DNA of 64,000 nt, taken from the NCBI GenBank assembly GCA_045111995.1, contig JBGUHI010000034.1, positions 66,308 through 130,307 of the forward strand. Direction: 5' to 3'. The notes beneath the pieces are model-generated. The model had not been told where the DNA came from, ran no database searches, and was given only the letters and a program-made list of their open reading frames with translations. Positions 9,065-16,392 of the stretch are shown here, one piece after another. Origin of the DNA: Candidatus Limimorpha sp. (GTDB lineage: Bacteria; Bacteroidota; Bacteroidia; Bacteroidales; F082). Position 1 is the stretch's first letter, and every line of letters starts with the position of its first letter. The position numbers were made by a program, and so were the translations under genes.

Positions 9065-9415
9065 ATGAGAGATTTTCACAATTATAAGGTTTGGAATAAA
9101 GGGCATCAATTTGCCTTGAACATTTACAAAAAGACCAAATCTTTTCCGAAAGAAGAGTTGTTTGGGATTACCTCTCAACTTAGGCGAGCGGCAACTTCCA
9201 TTCCATTTAATATTGCCGAAGGATGTGGACGAAGAAGCGATGCTGAATTTGCTCATTTCCTGAACATTGCGGCTGGGTCTGCTTCTGAAGTCGAAGAAGA
9301 ACTTCTTTTGTCATACGACTTAGAGTATATGGATAAAGCCTCATATATTCAACTTAATGATGAGGTGAACGACATAAAAGCAATGCTAAACAAACTTATA
9401 GAAACCTTACATTAA
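9065..9415 (+). CDS. Four-helix-bundle protein (23S rRNA intervening-sequence protein / Avd-like family)
   Basis: The sequence FHNYKVWNKGHQFALNIYKKTKSFPKEELFGITSQLRRAATSIPFNIAEGCGRRSDAEFAHFLNIAAGSASEVEEEL matches the hallmark motifs of this family (SQ(L/I)RRAA.S...NIAEG, G S..E). Confidence 0.85.
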   Translation: MRDFHNYKVWNKGHQFALNIYKKTKSFPKEELFGITSQLRRAATSIPFNIAEGCGRRSDAEFAHFLNIAAGSASEVEEELLLSYDLEYMDKASYIQLNDEVNDIKAMLNKLIETLH

Positions 9416-9444
9416 AGCAATCAACCTAACACTACGTAAAATCA

Positions 9445-9479
9445 AGCTAATTGCTAACTGCTAATAGCTAACAGCTTAA
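9445..9479. repeat. Heptamer array (WGCTAAY units), inverted relative to 8998-9030
   Basis: The sequence reads agctaat tgctaac tgctaat agctaac agcttaa. gctaatagctaac (9460-9472) is the exact reverse complement of gttagctattagc (9009-9021). Confidence 0.9.
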
Positions 9480-9490
9480 AAATCACAAAC

Positions 9491-9784
9491 ATGAAATCCA
9501 TCCTAATCACCTACAACCAAGCCTACTACGACGAAATCGCCAAAGTGCTCAACGACAACGGAGTCAAGGGCTTCACCGAGTGGAACGAAATCAAAGGCCA
9601 CGGCAGCGAGACTGGCGAGCCGCACTACGGCACCCACGCCTGGCCTACCTTGAACAACGCCATCGTCAGCATCGTCCCCGACGAGGCCGTCGAAGGCATC
9701 CTGAAGCAACTGAAAGAGAAAGACCGCAAAGCCCCCGAGTTGGGGCTTCGGGCGTTTTACTGGACGGTGGAGGGGATGATTTAG
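9491..9784 (+). CDS. Small P-II-like transporter-associated protein (resembles the PG0541-type gene that trails RND operons in Bacteroidales)
   Basis: 97 aa with a beta-alpha-beta-like pattern (ILITYNQAYYDEIAKVLNDNGVKGFTEW..IKGHG). It is the last gene of the TolC-MFP-RND operon. The family name is recalled from memory, not searched. Confidence 0.5.
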   Translation: MKSILITYNQAYYDEIAKVLNDNGVKGFTEWNEIKGHGSETGEPHYGTHAWPTLNNAIVSIVPDEAVEGILKQLKEKDRKAPELGLRAFYWTVEGMI

Positions 9785-9786
9785 GG

Positions 9787-11166
9787 TTACTTCGACAGAA
9801 TCCGCTCCATCTGCGAAAGGGCAAACAAAGGACAAATCAGCACATGGCGGATAGCGTTGGAATCCTCGGGGGCGGAATAATCGAAAAATCCGAAATTCTC
9901 CAAAGAACACCTGACGGCCTTGTCAAGTTTCTTTTCGCGCATAAAGATCCAAAGGCTTTTCATGCCGCCTTGTGTTCCAGCCTTAACCTCGATAGGCAAA
10001 ACATTTGATTTGTCGTTGGTGACGTAGTCCACTTCGGCCAAAGAATTCTTGGATTGCCGAAGCCAATAATACATCTCGTGACGAATATTGGGAGTCTGAT
10101 AATGAAGCATTTCCAATCCTGCCACCATCTCTGCCATAGGGCCTTTGTTGACCAAATCGGCAACATCATCAGTAAGGATTTGTGTAGTCAGTTCCGAAAT
10201 GTCACCCATTGTCATGTTCAACAGGCGAAGCATCAGACCTGAGTCGAGTAGCAGCATCTTTCGGTAGGAATAGTTTGCCTCGCTGCCAAGCGGAAGCCCA
10301 TTGGCATTCGTGTGCGTGACCGGGACGACAATACCCGCTCGAATCAACAGTTCCAAGGCTTTCTTGACTTCGATGCCCTTATATTCGCCACCCACTTGCG
10401 AATAGACGAACTTCTTTGTGGCTTGCTCGGCCACACTGCGCATCGTCAGGCGTAGCAATACAGGATCTACTTTCTTCTTGTATTTCGGGAAATCGTCTTC
10501 GTAAGTCACGACAATGTCGTCCTGTACCTCTTGGCAGGCCAAATAGTCATGAGTTTCAACCCATTTGCCAACGGCTTCTGGCATCCCTCCAACGAGCATA
10601 TAAGTCCGCAAAAGCGCAACCAGTTTCAGGTACAATGGCTCTGGCAACGGTCGCTCCGATGTCGCTTGATTCCGTGCATCCATAAGTAATTGTTCGCCAT
10701 TGGCAACAAGAAACTCGTCGAAAGTCATCGGATACATATACATGGAATGGATGCGCCCAACGCCGAAAGTAGGCAGTTCCTCAAGAGCAAACTCCAACAA
10801 TGATCCAGCGGCTACAACGTGCAGGTCGGGCATGTCTTCCTTGAAAAACCGTAAGGCCATGATTGCTTCAGGACAGGCCTGAATTTCATCAAGAAAAAGG
10901 AGCGTTTTTCCAGCTTCTATTGGCTTTCCAGCAATCGCAGCCATTTGAGGCACAATTCTTTCCACATCAATATCGGCTTGAAACAACTGCTTGTATATTG
11001 GCTGTTTCTCAAAGTTGACCTCCACGAAATTCCCAAAGCGTTCAGCCAGATGATGAACCGCAGAAGATTTGCCCACTTGCCGAGCGCCGCGAAGCAACAA
11101 CGGCTTGTGTGAAGCGCGTGAAGCCCATTCCACCAAATACTTGTCAATCATTCTTGGATAATACAT
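9787..11166 (-). CDS. AAA+ ATPase with C-terminal DUF4143-type domain
   Basis: Walker A (LLLRGARQVGKSS) and Walker B (LLFLDEIQ). The size and C-terminal layout are typical of stand-alone AAA/DUF4143 proteins. Confidence 0.8.
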   Translation of the reverse strand: MYYPRMIDKYLVEWASRASHKPLLLRGARQVGKSSAVHHLAERFGNFVEVNFEKQPIYKQLFQADIDVERIVPQMAAIAGKPIEAGKTLLFLDEIQACPEAIMALRFFKEDMPDLHVVAAGSLLEFALEELPTFGVGRIHSMYMYPMTFDEFLVANGEQLLMDARNQATSERPLPEPLYLKLVALLRTYMLVGGMPEAVGKWVETHDYLACQEVQDDIVVTYEDDFPKYKKKVDPVLLRLTMRSVAEQATKKFVYSQVGGEYKGIEVKKALELLIRAGIVVPVTHTNANGLPLGSEANYSYRKMLLLDSGLMLRLLNMTMGDISELTTQILTDDVADLVNKGPMAEMVAGLEMLHYQTPNIRHEMYYWLRQSKNSLAEVDYVTNDKSNVLPIEVKAGTQGGMKSLWIFMREKKLDKAVRCSLENFGFFDYSAPEDSNAIRHVLICPLFALSQMERILSK

Positions 11167-11186
11167 GATTTCAATGTTTTACGCGG

Positions 11187-11194
11187 CAAAAATA
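11187..11194 (-). promoter_or_regulatory. Bacteroidota -7 box for the AAA+ ATPase gene
   Basis: 'caaaaata' on the + strand equals TATTTTTG on the - strand, 20 nt upstream of the ATG at 11166. Confidence 0.45.
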
Positions 11195-11200
11195 CAAAAA

Positions 11201-11248
11201 CTGCAAAAATCCAAATATATAAATCATCAATTTCTGCAAAAATCCAAA
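11201..11248. repeat. 15-bp perfect direct repeat (ctgcaaaaatccaaa) x2, period 33 nt
   Basis: Copies at 11201-11215 and 11234-11248, just upstream of the ATPase promoter box. Confidence 0.9.
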
Positions 11249-11294
11249 CAAATAATTTTGAAAAAAGCACAATTTTCCAAAGAAAAACTCTTTT

Positions 11295-11507
11295 TTAACC
11301 ACCTACATTCCACCTATAAGTCAACGCCCCCGAAAGGCATTTCTCAATTTGCGCAATCAGTTCGGCGGTGGTGGCGTTCTCAGGCTTGACCCAAGGCCGT
11401 GCCGATGGGTTATAGACTTTCGGAAGCAAGTACGTACAAGCACCTGCATGAATGCAAAGTTCAGGCTTCCAAATGATTGTGATTTCTCCGTTGGTGTATT
11501 CTTTCAT
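11295..11507 (-). CDS. Small (4Fe-4S)-binding-like protein (divergent mono-cluster domain, DUF1271-like)
   Basis: 70 aa. The block ITIIWKPELCIHAGACTYLLPKVYNP...WVKPENAT is typical of this small domain, which is usually fused to acetyltransferases. It starts 10 nt after the helicase stop. Confidence 0.55.
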   Translation of the reverse strand: MKEYTNGEITIIWKPELCIHAGACTYLLPKVYNPSARPWVKPENATTAELIAQIEKCLSGALTYRWNVGG

Positions 11508-11517
11508 GGTAGATGTA

Positions 11518-14500
11518 TTATAGTTTCTTTTTCAGCAACAATTCTGGCAGCAATACAGCCGTTTCTTCCGATTCGCCTTTACCTCTCCATGCCACAATAT
11601 AGTTCACCTTGGCAGATTGAACTTGATAGCCTTTTTCCGCCCAACCATCTAGTTCGTTGCGCTTTTGAATGGACAAAGACGCAATCTTTTCCCCCGATGG
11701 CAATCGCAAATAACCTTGATCAAATGACAACGGCATACCACTACGGCATTGCAGAATCAACTTCTTCTTGCCCTTGAAGAAATCCAGATACACATCACGA
11801 TGCGTCAGTTGCAAAGTGATTTCGTCAGGCATCAGATACATATTTACATCATATTGATAATCAACAAAATCAAATTTCATCGACTCAAATATGCTGGTGT
11901 TACAATGGATGTAAAGATTCTGTTTTGCCCGCGTCATTCCCACATACAACTTGCGGATTCTCTCCTCCGAATCGGCCTGTTCGCCGTCCAACAACATATA
12001 TACGGAATCAAACTCGCGCCCTTTGGACTTGTGGATGGTGGAAACGAGGACGGTTTGCCTTGTGTCGCCACAAAAATCTTCAAAATTCGACTCATAGACA
12101 AAGTCGGCCAAGTCGCTGCTATATTTGTCTCGTGGATTGGTGCGTTCAAAAACCTTGAAAAACTCTTTGATGTATTCAAGACAAGTGCTTGTTCGATAAC
12201 ACATTAGAGTTTTTTCCTTGGCCTGTTCCCAATGTTCCTCACTGATGACGGGTGATTCCAATCCATCGTCAATGAGTTTAAGGAAATAGCGCACTTCAGC
12301 CAAGTTGAAAAACCGGAACCCATCAACGGACTGAATCAATCTCGCATTGATGCCGTGACGAATCAGAAGCCCAGTAACACGCGCAGCCTCCTCATTGGTG
12401 TTGGTCAGCACACAGGCCTGCTCTTGATGATAAGTGGCAAGCAATTGATTGACCAAAGGAATTTCCAAGTTTTCAGATTGATACTGCGTGATTTGCACCT
12501 TACCAACCTCTTTTGGGACAGCAACATTGGGCAATGTCTTCATCCGATGTCTGCTTCTTTGGATGAACTGGTTCGAGAAAGCCACAAGTGCCTTTTGGCT
12601 ACGGTAATTCTCTGTCATCTCATACTTTGCGGCCTGCATCTCGTCAATGAAGGCTTGCATGTATCGGCTGTCGGAGCCACGGAATTGATAAATGTTTTGG
12701 TCGTCGTCGCCCACAGCAATCACGCGCATCTCCTCGTTGTTTTTCATCAAGGCGCGAACAAGGGCGTATTCGTCTTTGTCCATGTCTTGCGCCTCGTCGA
12801 TGACAAGGACGGCTTTGTTAATACGACCTTGCTCGGCCTCACCGCGTTCAATCATTTCGGCAGCGCGACGAACCACATCCTCGGATTCTTCAAGGTTGCC
12901 GATTTTGCCCAATAGATCGAAACTGAAGGCATGGAAAGTCTTGATTTCCACGAAACTCGCAGCATTGCCAATAAGGTCGATGAGCCGTTGCTTGAACTCC
13001 GTGGCGGCTGCCCGCGAGAATGTCAGCATCAGCAGTTGCTCGTGCTTGACATCCTCCATCAACAGCAAAGAAGCCAATTTGTGAACCAAAACCCTCGTCT
13101 TGCCACTTCCGGGACCCGCAGCCACAACGATGTATTTGGATTGCTTGTCGTCGATGATTTCCCGCTGTTTGGCCGAAAGCGTCCCAAATAGTTTCCGATA
13201 CTTGTCGGGAGTAATATTTCGCTCGATTTCCTCCAACCGTTCTCCTTTGAAGTATTTGGAAACGAACTTCTTATAGTCCATTTGGAAATAATCCTGAACA
13301 TATTGCAAGGCCGCACCATAATCCCTCACCATCATGTTGGCATACTCGCCCACGATATGAATCTGCTGGCGTTTTTGCTTGTAGAACTCATCCAACATCC
13401 GATAGTCTTCCTGCTTGTACCGAAATTTCATGTCTTTTAGGCGATGGACTTCCATAGCGTTGTAAATCACCAAGAAACCACCTTCCAACTTCAATGCTCC
13501 AATTTTTGACAAGTAAAGCAAGGCGTCTTCAATGTCCTCAATGGTGAACATCTCCGATTTCTGGAACAAATTGGTTTTCTGCTGGTTGTCATATTCCTTC
13601 AGCAAGGATGTCACGGAAAACTGCACCAAACTTCCCGAAGATTCAGGCGACAACGGCTTTTGTAAAGCCAAGGCGTGAAGCCTTTCGATAATGAAACGGC
13701 AAATGCCGATCCGACGCTCATATTTCCGCAGAGTTTGGTCAAGGTCATGGCACAACACAGCCTGTACCATGTCATTACGAACATTCTCCCTCTTTTTGAT
13801 ATACGATTTGACCGAAAGGAAATACAGTAAGGTCTTGATGTTCTTGATGGAAGTGCGGATGCCGTTTTCCGTGGCTTTTTCGTTCAGGGCTTTATAAGAG
13901 AAAGCCGTTTCCTCCTTGGCCATTGTCGTAAGAAGGAACTGCTCCAACTTGACAAATTGCTCAAAAACTTGTTTCGATTTGTTTTCGGAATGTTCGATAT
14001 AGGCGGACATGTCTTGCGAGTCAGCCAAGATGCCTTCTTGACGCATTAGGTTCACCGCATTGATGACCGATTCCTTGGTCATGCCGAGCATGTCAGCAAG
14101 ATAGTCCACACGCGATTCGGCATCATTATCCGTCGCCATTGCCCTACTCTTGCTGGAAATCAGCGACTTGATAATGCGGACGGCGTTTTGCTTTTCTTGC
14201 TCGTCAATGAACAGCGGAGAAGCCACAATGCGTTTATGCGCTTCGTCCATGTTTCTCACCATGATTCCCGTGGCGAAAACATGCAGAACATTGTTGCCCC
14301 GACTGACATAGCCTGCTTCTTCGAGTGCGGCAATGGCTGTGCGTACACGGGTTTCGATGGCCGAAACCTCTTCGTTCCAACCTGCCTGCCGGGCAATTTC
14401 CAAAGAGGAACAACAAACATATTTGCGTTGCTTCGTCAAATCCTTTACGGCTTTCCAAACTTGCTGTATCTCGCTGATGCTCAACTTGGTCTGATTTAGC

Positions 14501-16392
14501 AGGATAAAATGCTTGTCCAAATCGTGATCGCTGTAGAGCACATAGCATTTGGCATCGGTTTGTGGGTCACGACCGGCACGACCCGCCTCTTGCACATAGT
14601 TTTCAAGCGAATCGGAAATGTCGTAATGAATGACCAATCCGACATCCTTCTTGTCCACGCCCATACCGAAAGCCGAAGTGGCCACCATGGCTTGCACTTT
14701 GTTGGCAATGAAGTCGTTTTGGTTGGCAATCTTGTCGTTGGAATCCATTTTCCCGTGGAAAGGCAATGCCGAGATGCCGTCCCTACTCAATTTTTGGGAC
14801 AACTCCATGGATTTGCGTGTGCGCGAAACATAAATGATGGTCGGACACGGGTTGCCCAACATCAGGCTACGCAATAGGTTGTACTTGTCTTCTTCCGTTT
14901 CGGCGTAAATGACTGAATAATGCAGGTTTTTCCTTGCAGAAGCCGAGGCAAACAGTTTCAAATCCACGCCCAATTTCCGCTTGAAATAATCGGAAATGTC
15001 AGTAATGACTTTCTGTTTCGCAGTCGCAGTGAAACACGAAACTGGGATTGGCGAAGTCATGCCTTTTTGCTCCTGCAATTTGCGGATGAAGTCGCCAATG
15101 TATAGATAATCAACTCGGAAATCCTGTCCCCATGAAGAAAAACAATGCGCCTCGTCGATGACGAAACGCACCACATTCCGCGACAGCAACAGTTTTTCGA
15201 TGGTTTTGGAACGCAGCATTTCAGGCGCAATATACAGCAAGGTTGCACTACCATTGGCCACCCGCTCAAAGGCTTCGGCGCGGTTGATAGGGTCAAGCAG
15301 TCCATTAATGGTAACGGCCTCGGTGATGCCTTGCTCGGCGAGGTTATCAACTTGGTCTTTCATCAGCGATTGCAATGGCGAGACGACCACTGTCAATCCA
15401 TGCACGGCACGACCTGACATGATGGCCGGCAGTTGGAAAGTCAAGGATTTTCCGCCGCCTGTTGGGAAAATGGTCAGCAGCGACTCTCCATCAACGGCGG
15501 CTTGAACTGCCCGTTCTTGCATGGGTTCTCCGTCGAAAGTGCGAAACTCCTTGAATCCGAACACGTTCTCCAAACCTTTGTGTATGTCCAACTTACTTTG
15601 GCAATAGTCGCAATGCGCATTATGGCAAGGCGTGTTGCAAAGCAGAACAAGCACGTTTTCAATAAATGGGAAATTGCGCAACAACCAAGGTGGCGTAATC
15701 GATGCGCCATCGTCAGTGGAAATCAACGCCAAAGCGTAGGCCAGCTCAATCGGATGCTCCCGAATCAACGAATCGACAGGGCTATATTCGCAGATTTTTC
15801 CTTGAAACGTTTGAAAGACAAGGGTTTCCAAGTCTTGCGTATCGGCACTGAAATTCAGATAGTTGAAAAATCCTACGAACTCCTCAATGCCATGAAGCAA
15901 ACCATAAAAAATGGCCTTCATCTCATTGGAGAGTGCTTCAAAAGCGTTCACTTCGTCATAAAACAAGGAACGGGATTTCAAGCAATCATTAAGCGGATTA
16001 TTGACCTCATCGGTTTGCAACTTGTCATCTTTCAACAGTTTATGGTAAGGCCGTTTCGGAAACAACAGCGGAGAAAGATAGAGCGTATCGATGGCTTTTT
16101 TTTCTTTAATCTCCACAATGTCAGCCAAGTATTTCAAATCATGGTGAATGATGTTGTGACCGCACAAAAACTCGGCATCGGCAACAAATTGGGCAAAACC
16201 TTGTTTCGAGGCGGAATGAAATTCCTCGCCTGATTCCTTGACGGCACCAAAATCATGCGCTTTTTTGTCCTGCAATCCTATCTCGACATCAATGAACACT
16301 ACACCCGACAATGGTCTTCGATTGGTGAACAAGCCATTCCTTAGTCGGTTGATATAGTCGTTGATGATTGGCATTTCACCCTCCAATCTCAT
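11518..16392 (-). CDS. Fusion protein: DnaQ-like 3'-5' exonuclease + RecQ-family helicase + UvrD/PcrA-family helicase
   Basis: - Exonuclease, N-terminal: VVFIDVE (Exo I) and CGHNIIHHDLKYL (Exo II).
- RecQ core: TIFPTGGGKSLTFQLPA, VVSPLQSLMKDQV, VIDEAHCFSSWGQDFR, ATSAFGMGVDKKDV, QEAGRAGRD.
- UvrD core: VVAAGPGSGKTRVLV, LMLTFSRAAATEF, VLVIDEAQDM, VGDDDQNIYQFRG, TENYRS, STIHKSKGREFD, LYVGMTRAK.
- An alternative start, MPIINDY, lies at 16374. Confidence 0.9.
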   Translation of the reverse strand: MRLEGEMPIINDYINRLRNGLFTNRRPLSGVVFIDVEIGLQDKKAHDFGAVKESGEEFHSASKQGFAQFVADAEFLCGHNIIHHDLKYLADIVEIKEKKAIDTLYLSPLLFPKRPYHKLLKDDKLQTDEVNNPLNDCLKSRSLFYDEVNAFEALSNEMKAIFYGLLHGIEEFVGFFNYLNFSADTQDLETLVFQTFQGKICEYSPVDSLIREHPIELAYALALISTDDGASITPPWLLRNFPFIENVLVLLCNTPCHNAHCDYCQSKLDIHKGLENVFGFKEFRTFDGEPMQERAVQAAVDGESLLTIFPTGGGKSLTFQLPAIMSGRAVHGLTVVVSPLQSLMKDQVDNLAEQGITEAVTINGLLDPINRAEAFERVANGSATLLYIAPEMLRSKTIEKLLLSRNVVRFVIDEAHCFSSWGQDFRVDYLYIGDFIRKLQEQKGMTSPIPVSCFTATAKQKVITDISDYFKRKLGVDLKLFASASARKNLHYSVIYAETEEDKYNLLRSLMLGNPCPTIIYVSRTRKSMELSQKLSRDGISALPFHGKMDSNDKIANQNDFIANKVQAMVATSAFGMGVDKKDVGLVIHYDISDSLENYVQEAGRAGRDPQTDAKCYVLYSDHDLDKHFILLNQTKLSISEIQQVWKAVKDLTKQRKYVCCSSLEIARQAGWNEEVSAIETRVRTAIAALEEAGYVSRGNNVLHVFATGIMVRNMDEAHKRIVASPLFIDEQEKQNAVRIIKSLISSKSRAMATDNDAESRVDYLADMLGMTKESVINAVNLMRQEGILADSQDMSAYIEHSENKSKQVFEQFVKLEQFLLTTMAKEETAFSYKALNEKATENGIRTSIKNIKTLLYFLSVKSYIKKRENVRNDMVQAVLCHDLDQTLRKYERRIGICRFIIERLHALALQKPLSPESSGSLVQFSVTSLLKEYDNQQKTNLFQKSEMFTIEDIEDALLYLSKIGALKLEGGFLVIYNAMEVHRLKDMKFRYKQEDYRMLDEFYKQKRQQIHIVGEYANMMVRDYGAALQYVQDYFQMDYKKFVSKYFKGERLEEIERNITPDKYRKLFGTLSAKQREIIDDKQSKYIVVAAGPGSGKTRVLVHKLASLLLMEDVKHEQLLMLTFSRAAATEFKQRLIDLIGNAASFVEIKTFHAFSFDLLGKIGNLEESEDVVRRAAEMIERGEAEQGRINKAVLVIDEAQDMDKDEYALVRALMKNNEEMRVIAVGDDDQNIYQFRGSDSRYMQAFIDEMQAAKYEMTENYRSQKALVAFSNQFIQRSRHRMKTLPNVAVPKEVGKVQITQYQSENLEIPLVNQLLATYHQEQACVLTNTNEEAARVTGLLIRHGINARLIQSVDGFRFFNLAEVRYFLKLIDDGLESPVISEEHWEQAKEKTLMCYRTSTCLEYIKEFFKVFERTNPRDKYSSDLADFVYESNFEDFCGDTRQTVLVSTIHKSKGREFDSVYMLLDGEQADSEERIRKLYVGMTRAKQNLYIHCNTSIFESMKFDFVDYQYDVNMYLMPDEITLQLTHRDVYLDFFKGKKKLILQCRSGMPLSFDQGYLRLPSGEKIASLSIQKRNELDGWAEKGYQVQSAKVNYIVAWRGKGESEETAVLLPELLLKKKL

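Noticed and set aside
9065-9415. Four-helix-bundle gene as the Avd component of a diversity-generating retroelement
   Set aside because: I could not find a reverse transcriptase ORF, a template/variable repeat pair, or an adenine-biased near-repeat anywhere in the window.
9787-16392. Calling the low-GC block a mobile element
   Set aside because: There are no recombinase or transposase genes, no terminal repeats, and no att-like duplication visible. It is reported only as a compositional anomaly.
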